Shown here piece by piece: positions 31,728-41,478 of a stretch of 61,019 bases of DNA. The notes beneath the pieces were generated by a model, which was given only the letters and a program-made list of their open reading frames with translations, was not told where the DNA came from and searched no databases. The stretch spans positions 1 through 61,019 of IMG/VR virus record IMGVR_UViG_3300027908_000027. The stretch is one strand, 5' to 3'. The translations under genes were made by a program, and so were the position numbers. Every line of letters begins with the position of its first letter. Within the stretch, counting starts at the first letter, position 1. The stretch comes from a virus.

Positions 31728-31730
31728 CAG

Positions 31731-32534
31731 ATGGGTATCGGAGCCGCAGTTGGGATTGGGAGCGCTGTAGCGGGGCTTGGCGGCGCGCTAATCTCTAGCA
31801 GCGCGTCCAAGTCTGCTGCCGACACGCAGGCGGCGGCGGCGCAACAGGCATCGCAGAACGCGCTGGCTCAATATCAGCAAACGCGCGCGGATGTCATTCC
31901 TTACAGCAGCCAGATTGGCTATCCGGCTGGGCTGCAGCTTTCAGCCATGCTGCAAAATTTGCCGAGCATTATCGGTGGATATGCGAAAGGCGGTCTGACG
32001 TTTCAGCCAACGCAGGCTCAGTTGGCAGCGACGCCTGGGTATCAGTTTGATCTAGGTCAGGGATTGCAAGCGGTTCAGAATTCCAATGCGGCTCAGGGGC
32101 TTGGTGTTTCAGGCGCAGCGCTGAAGGGCGCCGCCAATTATGCGACTGGACTTGCAAACAACACCTTGACGACGCAGCAGGGTATTTTCCAGCAGAACTT
32201 AGCCAACCAGCTTAGCCCGCTTTACGCGCAACTTTCTGGTCTACAGAATCTTGCCAGCCTTGGGGAAAATGCCGGCGTTCAGTCTGGCCAGCAGGGCGTC
32301 CAGGCTGTGGGCAATGCGAACCAGTATCTTACTGGCGGCGCGGCGGCGCAGGCTGCGGGGCAGGTGGGTTCTGCAAATGCGTTATCGTCTGGTTTGAGCT
32401 CGTTGAGCAACGGCGCGACAAACTATCTGCTATATAATCAGCTGTTCGGCAGCGGTGGCGGCGGTGGTTATGCTGGCTCTCCCGCCCAGCTCCAGACGCA
32501 ATTTGGTGCCGGCTCGGATCAATACGTGCCATGA
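31731..32534 (+). CDS. Ejection/internal virion protein 1 (Gly/Ala/Gln-rich)
   Basis: N-terminal hydrophobic Gly-zipper MGIGAAVGIGSAVAGLGGALI. Low-complexity Q/A/G body. Lies upstream of two larger ejection-type genes. Confidence 0.55.
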   Translation: MGIGAAVGIGSAVAGLGGALISSSASKSAADTQAAAAQQASQNALAQYQQTRADVIPYSSQIGYPAGLQLSAMLQNLPSIIGGYAKGGLTFQPTQAQLAATPGYQFDLGQGLQAVQNSNAAQGLGVSGAALKGAANYATGLANNTLTTQQGIFQQNLANQLSPLYAQLSGLQNLASLGENAGVQSGQQGVQAVGNANQYLTGGAAAQAAGQVGSANALSSGLSSLSNGATNYLLYNQLFGSGGGGGYAGSPAQLQTQFGAGSDQYVP

Positions 32535-34054
32535 GCGGCACAACGGGACTCAATCCGGCGATCTCGCTGCAAGCTGGCGCTCAGTTGCAGCAGCAGCAGC
32601 AGCAGCAAAACCCGCTCCAAACGTTCGGGCAGGTTTTGCAGACGAAGAACGCGCTGAACCAGCTGCAGTTATTCCCTGGCCAGATGCAGCAGCAGCAGCT
32701 TGCCATCCAGGGGCAGGATCTAGCTAACCAGATGGCGCAGTTGCAGCAGCATCAGCAGCGGCTAACTTACTTTGCGGGGTTGATGCTGCCTGAGCTGGTG
32801 GACGCAAACGGCCAGCCGACGACTGGTGTTGCGGGGAAGGATATTGCCAAGTCTTTGGCGACTGCCGTGTCGGACGGATACCTACAGCCGAGTGAAGCGG
32901 TGCAACTGCAAACGAGCCTTCCGGGTGGCGCTCAAGACGATCCGGTGGCGAATCGCAGGTGGGTGCTTCAGCACTTTGCGGCCAATCAGGTGGCTGGTGG
33001 GCATATCAATGAGATTTTGGGGGCGCTAGGACGCTCTCCGTCCACCGTTGCTACAGGCGGCGGCACAATAGCCGGGTCTACAGCTGGTCCGCTTGCGCAA
33101 GGCGCCGGCTCCTTTCAGCCGCAGAGTTACGTTCCGAACACCGTTGGACCCGGGCAAGCGGCTGCGCCAGAGACCAGGATTGGTCCAGACGGGAAGCCTA
33201 TTATTGCGCCAGCCGGTGCTTATATGCCGCCGAATCTTGTGTCGCCGCAGGGTGTGCAGCAGCTTACACCACAGTCTCAGGGTCTAGGTGGCGCACAGGC
33301 GCCTGGGGCTGCGCCCCCCGGCACTCAATTGCCGCTTCCCAGTCCGGCTGCTCCGCCACGCTTGCCTGGTGCTGGGGGCGCCCCGATGGCTGGAATGCCG
33401 GTTGGAACGCCGGAATATATGGCAGCCACTGCTGGCGATGCACGCTCCGCCAACCAGCGTGCAGCGACATTTGCCAGTGATATGTTCCCGCTCACTCAGG
33501 CGCAGCAAGCATTGGCTAATGCGCCAACTGGCAAGGGCTCGCAGGCCGCGCACGATGTCAGTTCGTATCTGAATACCTTTGCACCTGAATGGCTAAACAA
33601 GGCGCTGTCGTTCGTCTCTCCGGTTATGACGAAGGACGAGGTGGCGGCCTATGATGAAGCCAAGAAGTACCTGACCCAAGGCCAGCTTGGCGTCTCCGGT
33701 GCAACACGAAGCAACGAGGGGCTATCCACAGCCGGCGCCGCAAGCCCGAGCACGCAGATTTCGAAGGAAGCGGCACAACTTGTGCTCAAGGGCATGATTG
33801 GTCTGCGACGAATGGAACAAGAAGGAACGCTGGAATTTAACAACAGCGGCCTACCGCCAGCCGACTACGGCAAATTTTCAGCGAACTTTGCTACCAAGGC
33901 CGATCCGCGCGTTTACACATTTGACCAATATACGCCTCAGCAGCGAAGCGATGTTCTCGCGTCCATCAAAGATCCGCAGAAGCGCACGCAGTTCATGGCT
34001 CAGGTTGAGCGCGCAGAGCAAAACGGCATTCTGTCTCCGCCCAATGGCCCTTGA
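32531..34054 (+). CDS. Ejection/internal virion protein 2 (Gln/Pro-rich)
   Basis: Track ORF; ATGA overlap; poly-Q start (QQQQQQNPLQ); Pro/Ala-rich centre. Confidence 0.55.
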   Translation: MSGTTGLNPAISLQAGAQLQQQQQQQNPLQTFGQVLQTKNALNQLQLFPGQMQQQQLAIQGQDLANQMAQLQQHQQRLTYFAGLMLPELVDANGQPTTGVAGKDIAKSLATAVSDGYLQPSEAVQLQTSLPGGAQDDPVANRRWVLQHFAANQVAGGHINEILGALGRSPSTVATGGGTIAGSTAGPLAQGAGSFQPQSYVPNTVGPGQAAAPETRIGPDGKPIIAPAGAYMPPNLVSPQGVQQLTPQSQGLGGAQAPGAAPPGTQLPLPSPAAPPRLPGAGGAPMAGMPVGTPEYMAATAGDARSANQRAATFASDMFPLTQAQQALANAPTGKGSQAAHDVSSYLNTFAPEWLNKALSFVSPVMTKDEVAAYDEAKKYLTQGQLGVSGATRSNEGLSTAGAASPSTQISKEAAQLVLKGMIGLRRMEQEGTLEFNNSGLPPADYGKFSANFATKADPRVYTFDQYTPQQRSDVLASIKDPQKRTQFMAQVERAEQNGILSPPNGP

Positions 34055-36438
34055 TGGCGTCTCCTCAGCAACAGCAGTTTGTGCAGACCTACGGCCCGAT
34101 CGCGCAGGATATTTCCAAGGCGACGGGACTAGATCCGTCTGTCGTGCTTGGACAAATAGCGCAGGAGACAGGCTGGGGCACGCATCTGGCTGGGGGTGGC
34201 AGCAATGCGTTCGGCATTTCCAAACCTGGCACGGACAGCCCAGCGTCGTATCCGTCCGTGGGCGCAAGTGGTCAAGCTTACGTCGATCTCATCAATCGGC
34301 GTTACCGGGATGCGGCATTGCAGTCTACGCCGGAAGCGCAGGCGCGCTCGATTGCGGCCGCAGGCTACAATACCAATCCAGCCTATGCGCCAGCCGTGGC
34401 TGACAACGCAGCAACTGTTCGGAGCATCACGCAATCACAGCAAGCGTCGGATGATTTCAACGCTCGCTGGGGCATCTCGGCGCCAGCGAATGATAAGGCG
34501 GCTCCTGCTGCACCAGCTTCACCGCCGGATGAGTCATCCTTCACGCAGCGTTGGGGCGTCGCGCCGTCTGCAACGACAGCAACGCCATCTGCCGCGCAGA
34601 CTCCTGCCGCAGCACCAACTCCGGCACCGACTACCGCCGCTGCGCCAACTTCTTCAGGGCCAGACTACACGGGATGGGATAATCCCTATGGTCCTCCCGC
34701 GCCAGTTGATCCGAACAACCGTAATCCACTGACGTTCGGTGGTCTGCGCAACATCCTGGCTCCTGCGCCAAACACGATTTACGGCAACGTTCTCCCCATC
34801 GCTACAGATACCAAGACGGGCCAAATGCGCGCCGCGCTCCCTATGGGAATGCGCGACTTCGCAGAGGGCGTTGTGGACCTGATGCAAGGCCCGCAGACTG
34901 GTCAAGTGACGCCGCGCGCCACCATGGCGTTGGCGGGGCTTGTGCCAGGTCTCATGGCGTCGCCTGCGGCACACACGGGCTTGCCTATCGCATTGGCCAG
35001 TCGGGAAGCCCCGGCTGCTGTGGAGGCTCCTGCCGCGGCTCCGCTGACAGCGCCGAATCCGCTAGCCACAGACCGACCGGCCTTTATCCCGCCCAATGCA
35101 GCTGCGCCATCCAATCCATTGGCCGCTCAAGTCACGACACCAGCTGCAAATCCTCTTTCTAACGCGCCGGCTGCCGGTTCTGCTGCGCCAGCAGCTGCAG
35201 CGACTCCGGCAGCTCTGTCGGCGCGAGAAGCCGCTGAATACGCGGCCATTCCTGAAAGCCTTCCGCCAGCGCCTAAGATTCCGCCACTCACGCAGGGTTC
35301 TGCTGACGCACGAGCTGATCAGCTTATCCAACACTTCGCCGCGCGTAATGGCGCGCCTCCTGATCAGGATTTGGTGCCTGGATTTGTTCCAACGCTAGCA
35401 CAGCGCACGAACGACCCTGGGATTGCGACACTTGAGCGCGGCGTTCAGGCGGCTAATCCCGGCGCTCTGGATCTTCGCAAGGAGGCCAATCAAGCGGCTA
35501 TTCGCGACTTCACCAGTTCACTTGTCGGAACGCCAGAAGACATTGCAGCAGCTCAAGCAGAACGTGAGCGAGTTACGGCGCCCATGCGCGACGCGGCATT
35601 TGCAAACAAGACTGATGTGGATGCTTCGCCTATTGAAACATCAATCCAGCAGACCCTAGCTGGTCCGGACGGCAAGCGTGCAGCGGTTCGTAAGACGCTG
35701 AATGATGTGCAGGCGTCGCTTCACGTAGGGCAAGATATGGACGCTCCGTTGGAGACCGACCCAGAACAGCTCTATGGCGTCCGCAAGCACATCAATGATC
35801 TTTTATCGCCGGCTGCTCAACGAGATAATCCAGAGCTACAGCGCGCCGCCTCTAGTCTATCCGACGTGAAGAACCAATTGGACGACGTGATCGAGGCTGG
35901 AGCGCCAGGGTTCAAGGATTATGTGTCGCAGTATGCGAATCTTTCGCGTCCGATTGACGAAAAGCAGTACCTTCAGGGTTTGAATTTGACGGATCAGGCC
36001 GGAAATGTAACTGGCGCCAAGATCGATTCCGCTTTGAAGGCCATTGCAAAGCAGCAGAACGCGACGGGCAGCAATAAGGCCATGTCGATAAGTGACGATA
36101 CGCTGAATGGCCTTCAGAAGCTACGCAACACGCTACAAGTGGCGCGCTTTTCAGATACTGCTGGCAAGCCGTTGGGCAGCAACACATTCCAGAACCTGGC
36201 CACCAACTCTACGGTAGGGGCTGTGGCTGGTAATCCCCTCATCCACCTCGGGGTGACGGGTATGGGGTCGCTTGTCGGTGGCGTGCCTGGTGCTCTGATC
36301 GGGGCTGGCACGCAGATGGCGGCTCGGGGGATTACCAACAACGCAGAATCAATGGTGCGCCGCGCAATGATTGAGCGGCTGCTTAATCTGCAAGGTAAAG
36401 GTGAAGCCGCTCTCGGCGGCGGCGCACGGACGCCATGA
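34051..36438 (+). CDS. Ejection protein 3 with N-terminal glucosaminidase/lysozyme-like murein hydrolase domain
   Basis: VLGQIAQETGWGTHLAGGGSNAFGISK resembles the FlgJ-type glucosaminidase motif (ETGWG...N.FGIK). 795 aa. The C-terminus has hydrophobic Gly-rich segments. Confidence 0.7.
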   Translation: MMASPQQQQFVQTYGPIAQDISKATGLDPSVVLGQIAQETGWGTHLAGGGSNAFGISKPGTDSPASYPSVGASGQAYVDLINRRYRDAALQSTPEAQARSIAAAGYNTNPAYAPAVADNAATVRSITQSQQASDDFNARWGISAPANDKAAPAAPASPPDESSFTQRWGVAPSATTATPSAAQTPAAAPTPAPTTAAAPTSSGPDYTGWDNPYGPPAPVDPNNRNPLTFGGLRNILAPAPNTIYGNVLPIATDTKTGQMRAALPMGMRDFAEGVVDLMQGPQTGQVTPRATMALAGLVPGLMASPAAHTGLPIALASREAPAAVEAPAAAPLTAPNPLATDRPAFIPPNAAAPSNPLAAQVTTPAANPLSNAPAAGSAAPAAAATPAALSAREAAEYAAIPESLPPAPKIPPLTQGSADARADQLIQHFAARNGAPPDQDLVPGFVPTLAQRTNDPGIATLERGVQAANPGALDLRKEANQAAIRDFTSSLVGTPEDIAAAQAERERVTAPMRDAAFANKTDVDASPIETSIQQTLAGPDGKRAAVRKTLNDVQASLHVGQDMDAPLETDPEQLYGVRKHINDLLSPAAQRDNPELQRAASSLSDVKNQLDDVIEAGAPGFKDYVSQYANLSRPIDEKQYLQGLNLTDQAGNVTGAKIDSALKAIAKQQNATGSNKAMSISDDTLNGLQKLRNTLQVARFSDTAGKPLGSNTFQNLATNSTVGAVAGNPLIHLGVTGMGSLVGGVPGALIGAGTQMAARGITNNAESMVRRAMIERLLNLQGKGEAALGGGARTP

Positions 36439-36667
36439 TGCGGTGGCGGTCGTGCCAATAGGTCGGTAGCCCGGCAAAAAGCCAGCAGCCGGCGACGAAC
36501 AGGGCACAGAAGGTGCCCAGCACAAAAACGCTTGAGTCATTGCCGGGGAAATTTTTCCCACCGAGCAAGACGCCTGCAGGCAGCGATCCAACGAAGACGA
36601 TTACTCGCGCGAACCAATGGCCGCGTAGCCAGAGGTAAGCGAGCGGCAGCATCAGCAGATACCACAC
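36383..36667 (-). CDS. Three-TM membrane protein, antisense cassette gene 2
   Basis: GTG start with AAGGA upstream. WYLLMLPLAYLWL, FARVIVFVGSLPAGVLLGG, SVFVLGTFCALFVAGCWLFAGL. The 3' end overlaps the ejection gene by 56 nt. Confidence 0.45.
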   Translation of the reverse strand: MWYLLMLPLAYLWLRGHWFARVIVFVGSLPAGVLLGGKNFPGNDSSVFVLGTFCALFVAGCWLFAGLPTYWHDRHRIMASVRRRRERLHLYLAD

Positions 36668-36686
36668 AGGATTTTAGTCCTTAAAG

Positions 36687-36734
36687 ATGGCTTCCGCGCC
36701 TATCCTACCACTTCCGCGCGCCGTTTTCTACGGG
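36687..36734 (+). pseudogene. Fossil 5' end (16 codons) of a tailspike gene
   Basis: MASAPILPLPRAVFYG versus the intact tailspike N-terminus MALASILPMPRAVFYD (37419): 11/16 identical residues with many synonymous differences. Similarity is lost after codon 16, and the region is antisense to the HNH-like gene's 3' end. Confidence 0.55.
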
Positions 36735-37388
36735 AGCGCTAGAGACGCTCTTTTGGAGCGCGATCTGGTCGATGGCGTCTTGCAAAGAAATGCCGCGCCT
36801 CGTCGCCCTATCGGGCGGCGTGCTGGGGTCAACCCCAAGCCGTTTGGATGCCTCTCTGAGAGATATCGTCTCTCCCGCCAAATTAACGAAACGTGTCGTT
36901 CGCTTATTCAGGCCCTGAATAGCAGCTGTGGCCCATCGGCAATTGCTAGGTTCGTAGCCCTTAGAATTATCGATCCGGTCAAGAGTGGTTCCTTGAGGGC
37001 GCGGGCCCATGTCGGTGACAAAAAGAACAAAGTCTTCCCAGCGTGCGCAAACAGTGATTCCTCTGTCACGATAAACGCGCGCCACCTTGGGGCGGGGGTC
37101 GACGACTCTTTCTCGCATCGCCTGCCACGATCTATAAGTCGGGGTGCGAGTCATTCCGTGCGTTGTATGGTCTGTCTCGGCCGCTACCTCTCTGTGGAAA
37201 CAGCCACAAGACGTGGTGTTGCCGCTGCGCATCGAGGAGAGCGGAACAATAAGTTCCGTACCGCAATCGCATTTTACACAGAAGCATCTCTGAGTCTGCC
37301 CAGACGGAGAAGTGTGCTTTTGGGCCTCTGAAACTATTACCAGTCGGCCGTAACGGTCTCCGGCATTTACTAGAACTTTCGCTACCAC
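36705..37388 (-). CDS. HNH-like/homing-endonuclease-like DNA-binding protein, antisense cassette gene 1
   Basis: YGRLVIVSE...CFCVKCDCGTELIVPLSSMRSGNTTSCGC (Zn-ribbon), TYRSWQAMRERV, RGITVCARWEDFVLFVTDMGPRP, LDRIDNSKGYEPSNCRWAT. This ORF type recurs in phages and is usually annotated as HNH/homing endonuclease. GTG start with AGAGGA SD. Confidence 0.55.
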   Translation of the reverse strand: MVAKVLVNAGDRYGRLVIVSEAQKHTSPSGQTQRCFCVKCDCGTELIVPLSSMRSGNTTSCGCFHREVAAETDHTTHGMTRTPTYRSWQAMRERVVDPRPKVARVYRDRGITVCARWEDFVLFVTDMGPRPQGTTLDRIDNSKGYEPSNCRWATAAIQGLNKRTTRFVNLAGETISLREASKRLGVDPSTPPDRATRRGISLQDAIDQIALQKSVSSAPVENGARKW

Positions 37389-37418
37389 ATGATCCTCTTA
37401 ATTTAGGTCTATACATAT

Positions 37419-39416
37419 ATGGCCTTGGCCTCCATTTTACCAATGCCTCGTGCAGTTTTTTATGATGCCAATGGCAATCAGCTGGGCGCAGGGCTGGTCT
37501 ACACCTATGTCCCGAACACAACCACGCCCAAAACGACGTGGCAGGACTCGGGCGAGGTCACGCCAAACGCCAACCCGATCACCTTGGACGCGGCCGGTTC
37601 GTGCCTTTTGTACGGCGCCGGCAGTTACACGCTGAACGTTACTGACTCGCTCGGGAACGCAATCCCAGCTTATAGCGGGCTGACATTCGACGCTGCGACC
37701 AGTGCCGGCATTTCCCCGGTCATGGTGCCGGTTGTGGGCGCCGCGACGATCGCCATTGCTCAGGCGGCCATGAATGTGGCCGGCGTCTACAACATACAAA
37801 ATACGAGCTATGCCGGGGGCGCTGATCCTAGCGGTCTCGCGGACAGTACTATGGCTATCAATGCAGCAATAACAGCGTGCCAAAATGCCGGCGCCGGTAT
37901 CGTGTGGTTCCCCCCAGGCACGTATTTAGTGAGCGGCACGATTTCAGTGACGGCCAGTGGCGTGCAGCTTCTTGGCGCCGGTCTTAACGCCACCGTTCTT
38001 CAGTTTACTAATGGTACGAATGATTGCATTGTTTTCGCGGGCGTTAGTCAGTTTTCTACCATCCAGGGATGCAGTCTGCGGAATATGACGTTGAACCACT
38101 CTGGCAAGAGTGGAGGGCGCACGGTTTATGGTGCTTATGTCACAAATATACTCGTCGAAAATCTGATTGTCTTGAATGCGTGGAACGGCTTTGAGTTCTT
38201 TGTTTTCAACACATTGTATATACGAGACATCTGGGGCGAAATCATTTTTGCACCTGGTGGATTTATGCTGTTTATCCATGCGCCGGGAGACGGCGTAAGT
38301 GGTCGCAATGATTACTGCGCGGTGGACAGATTCACGTGGAATGCGCAATACGGTCTAGCAACCTCTGGCGCTGCGAATGGGATCGTTATCGACGGGTATG
38401 GCGGTACGTTCCTGTTTAATGATTGCAACATTCTGCAAACTGGCGTGGGCTTTTTCATTGGCAACTCTGCGAACACTGCTTTTACACCGTCGTTTATCCA
38501 TGTCCGGGGCATGTCAATGGAAGGCTGTCAGGTCTGTGGATTTACCCTGAACACTGGGTCGTTCTTCAAGATGTCTGACTCGGACATCAGTGTTGATAAT
38601 GGGCAGTTAAATCAGGGTAACGCTGACGTTGGCGCGTTTATCGTTAATCCAGGAACTGGTGGAGACATCATTCGTAGTGTCAAAGTTTCAAACTGCACAT
38701 TCTTTGGCACCGTACAAGATCCAGTCCAGATCAATGCAATCAACGTCACATTTGTGGGGTGCGAGGTTTCAAGTTGGCCAACAACCGTGCCGGATACCAC
38801 AACTGGATTTTTCGTTGGGGCATCTGCTTCTGATGTGCTGATTATGGGCTGTCAGACATTCATCTTTGGCGCGTCGAATAATCTGGGCAACGGTGTCGCG
38901 GTAGCGGTTGGCGCTAGTCGAGTGCAGGTCATTGGCAATGACCTGGTGTTCGCCCAGAACGTGCCGGTGCTTTGGGAATCGACTGATCCGCATTCGATTA
39001 GTGCCCTGAACATGAACTCAGGCAATGGCTTGACGAATAATCCAAGCCTCAACCCCATTCCGACAGGAGTTGCGGCCGGCGTAACTATTACTGGGGCCGG
39101 CCAGGTTCTTACCGGCGAGGAAATGGTCAATGGTGTGTTGGAGTTTGGCGGCACGGCCGGTGCGCAAACGGTCACCACGTGCACTGCGGCATCCCTTTGT
39201 CTATCTGCGGCCAATATCGTTCCAACGAGTCAGATATACTTGTCAATAGTCAACAATAATAATGGGACTATAACACTTGCCGTAGACCCGTCCATAGCAG
39301 CTGGTGGATCTTCTGCATCATTTAGTATCGCTAGTGGAGCGGTTTCTAGATTCATGTTTCAGATTACTAACCCGATTCCTACGGTATCTGCCGTTGTGGC
39401 GATTTACGGAATTTAG
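37419..39416 (+). CDS. Tailspike with right-handed beta-helix (pectate-lyase-like) depolymerase domain
   Basis: N-terminus PRAVFYDANGNQLGAGLVYTYVPNTTTPKTTWQD (fibre/spike anchor type). GGADPSGLADSTMAINAAITACQNAGAGIVWFPPGTYLVSGTI (Pectate_lyase_3-type start). Confidence 0.75.
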   Translation: MALASILPMPRAVFYDANGNQLGAGLVYTYVPNTTTPKTTWQDSGEVTPNANPITLDAAGSCLLYGAGSYTLNVTDSLGNAIPAYSGLTFDAATSAGISPVMVPVVGAATIAIAQAAMNVAGVYNIQNTSYAGGADPSGLADSTMAINAAITACQNAGAGIVWFPPGTYLVSGTISVTASGVQLLGAGLNATVLQFTNGTNDCIVFAGVSQFSTIQGCSLRNMTLNHSGKSGGRTVYGAYVTNILVENLIVLNAWNGFEFFVFNTLYIRDIWGEIIFAPGGFMLFIHAPGDGVSGRNDYCAVDRFTWNAQYGLATSGAANGIVIDGYGGTFLFNDCNILQTGVGFFIGNSANTAFTPSFIHVRGMSMEGCQVCGFTLNTGSFFKMSDSDISVDNGQLNQGNADVGAFIVNPGTGGDIIRSVKVSNCTFFGTVQDPVQINAINVTFVGCEVSSWPTTVPDTTTGFFVGASASDVLIMGCQTFIFGASNNLGNGVAVAVGASRVQVIGNDLVFAQNVPVLWESTDPHSISALNMNSGNGLTNNPSLNPIPTGVAAGVTITGAGQVLTGEEMVNGVLEFGGTAGAQTVTTCTAASLCLSAANIVPTSQIYLSIVNNNNGTITLAVDPSIAAGGSSASFSIASGAVSRFMFQITNPIPTVSAVVAIYGI

Positions 39417-39422
39417 ATTTCT

Positions 39423-40562
39423 ATGAATTGGAGAAATGGAATGCGCTGGTTTTTGGCGGCGCTTGCGTGCGTCATTGCGATGGGCATCAGCAATGCCCAC
39501 GCGCAAGGCGCGCAAAAGATCACGACTTGCGGAACTGGCGCGCCTCCAGCGGGGCTTTCGCCGCTTTACATGGATGCGAATGGCAACCTGTGTGTATCGA
39601 GTGGAGGGGGAGGAGGTGGCAATGTCACTGTCGTAGCGCCTATCGGCTCTAAGAATACTGCGGCATCTGTCGGGGTGGCGATTGCGACGGATCAGGTGGC
39701 CATTCCGACCAATTCCACGATCGTGGCCCCGCTCGGGCAGACTACATCATCCGGCTCGCTCCCTGTTGTCCTTCCAAGCGACATGGGCGCCTTGGCGGTT
39801 AAGCAGCCGGATGTGACATCAACCGGGAACACCATCAACTCGGCCTCTACCTCAAACGGCTATGCTATTACGCTCGGCAACGGCGTTCAGACTGTTGGGT
39901 TCAGCGTTACTGGGTTAACGGCTTCTGGCGCCACTCTTACCATTCAGGGATCGGCGGACGGGGGTACCACATGGACGATGCCTGTGGTTGGCTTCGCCGC
40001 ATCAAGTCCTCAATCCGCTGGGTTTACAACCCTTACAACCGATCAGGGATTCACAGTTAATACCGGCGGCCTCACGAATGTAAGGCTGCAAGTTACTTCG
40101 ACCGGAAGCGGCACGATCACCGTGGCGAGCGTTGCCACTGTTTCTAATTCTTCGGTTGTGGTGGCGCCGTCAACGGTAGCTGATCCGTGCGCGAGCGTTA
40201 ACACAAAGTCCACAGCCAGCTTTTCATCCAGTACAAGTGGCGGTTCAATTGTCACTGCTGTTTCGAGCAAGAAAATCTACGTCTGTCAGGTAACGGTTGT
40301 CACCTCGACTGCCGCAGCGGTGAGCTTTGAAGAGGGCACTGGATCAAGTGTCTGCACTGGCGGCACGCCAGCCGCAGACTGGTTGAATACTGGCACAACG
40401 GCGGCGAATGGCGCGTCCTTCGGAGCCAATGGCGGTGTAAGTGCCGGGTCAGGTTCTGGCACGGTGTTCCATACTGCGACGGCAAACCAAAACTTATGTC
40501 TGCTGTTCACTACCACGAATACGCCCACCGTCGTGGCGTCTGTCAGCTACGTCCAACAGTGA
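39423..40562 (+). CDS. Secreted beta-rich protein 1 (signal peptide)
   Basis: (MNWRNG)MRWFLAALACVIAMGISNAHA/QGA. The second ATG (39441) has GGAG 7 nt upstream. Thr/Ser/Gly-rich with paired Cys residues. Confidence 0.6.
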   Translation: MNWRNGMRWFLAALACVIAMGISNAHAQGAQKITTCGTGAPPAGLSPLYMDANGNLCVSSGGGGGGNVTVVAPIGSKNTAASVGVAIATDQVAIPTNSTIVAPLGQTTSSGSLPVVLPSDMGALAVKQPDVTSTGNTINSASTSNGYAITLGNGVQTVGFSVTGLTASGATLTIQGSADGGTTWTMPVVGFAASSPQSAGFTTLTTDQGFTVNTGGLTNVRLQVTSTGSGTITVASVATVSNSSVVVAPSTVADPCASVNTKSTASFSSSTSGGSIVTAVSSKKIYVCQVTVVTSTAAAVSFEEGTGSSVCTGGTPAADWLNTGTTAANGASFGANGGVSAGSGSGTVFHTATANQNLCLLFTTTNTPTVVASVSYVQQ

Positions 40563-41476
40563 CCCGCCTTTTCGTAATCCTTGCGCTCCTTCTGGGCGCG
40601 TCGCCGTCATACGCGCTGCCTGGAGATATGATGTTGCTGGGGGTTTCAGCCCCAGCCGCAGGGGCGACATACACGGGTGTTGGCGATGTGGTGGCTTTCA
40701 CGGTCTATTACTCGTGCACGTGGGCCTACAAAGCGACATACGCCGCAGCCACTGGTAAGCTCTGCGGGATCACCCGCGCATCAGATAGCGAAACCTGTGA
40801 TCTGCTGGCGGCGACCACCGGCGGGGAGGGGCTGACTGCCAACTGCTCCGGCGCCGATAACGGCAAGCCACTCGCCACATTCCTCACGGCGACCACTGGG
40901 ACATGGACGAAAGCCTATAATCAGGTGGCGAACGGCACTTTGGACCTACCAGCTTCGGCTACCCAGCCGACAATTGTGCTGAATTGTTTGGGCAGCCTGA
41001 CCTGTGTACAGGTGAGTGCGAATGGCGTCAATTTCGCGTCCACCACGAACATTACCCCTTCAAACGGACAGGGGACCATGCTCGGGTACAGCAACCGAGT
41101 GAGCGGAACCGGCGTATCAGCGGACGTTGAGGACAATGCCGCTGGTGGCCTTAGTGAACTCCGGCGCACCACCGGGACAGGCAACTCATGCACCCTCGCC
41201 GGCTCAAGCGGGACCTTCAACGCAACCTGTTCCGACAACGCTTGGCATGCCCTGCTTAGCGGCACTGGGTCTGGCACGAATAACAGCCTCATCAGCGTGG
41301 ACGGCACCGAGACTCCGGGAACCGTCACCGGCAACACTTCGGCGGGGCATGTCGAGGTAGCGATCGGGGCGAACTCCACCACGTTCAAGTGGATTGAGGC
41401 CGGGGTGATTGATGGCAGCGTGGTCAATTCCACCGTCCGCGCCGCGCTGATAGCAAACATGCAGGCGAGGAACTGA
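40559..41476 (+). CDS. Secreted beta-rich protein 2 (signal peptide)
   Basis: GTG (Val22 of track ORF 40496..41476) overlaps the upstream TGA. VTRLFVILALLLGASPSYA/LPG. Confidence 0.55.
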   Translation: MTRLFVILALLLGASPSYALPGDMMLLGVSAPAAGATYTGVGDVVAFTVYYSCTWAYKATYAAATGKLCGITRASDSETCDLLAATTGGEGLTANCSGADNGKPLATFLTATTGTWTKAYNQVANGTLDLPASATQPTIVLNCLGSLTCVQVSANGVNFASTTNITPSNGQGTMLGYSNRVSGTGVSADVEDNAAGGLSELRRTTGTGNSCTLAGSSGTFNATCSDNAWHALLSGTGSGTNNSLISVDGTETPGTVTGNTSAGHVEVAIGANSTTFKWIEAGVIDGSVVNSTVRAALIANMQARN

Positions 41477-41478
41477 GC

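Noticed and set aside
32578-32610. (CAG)n run encoding poly-Gln at the start of ejection protein 2 as a possible phase-variable simple sequence repeat
   Set aside because: There are only about six in-frame triplets, so length changes would keep the frame. This fits the generally Gln-rich low-complexity composition of ejection proteins and is not a switch.
36687-37331. 214-aa plus-strand ORF antisense to the HNH-like gene
   Set aside because: Only its first 16 codons resemble anything (the tailspike N-terminus). The rest is the mirror frame of the well-motifed minus-strand gene 36705..37388 and looks non-protein-like. It is reported only as a 48-bp fossil.
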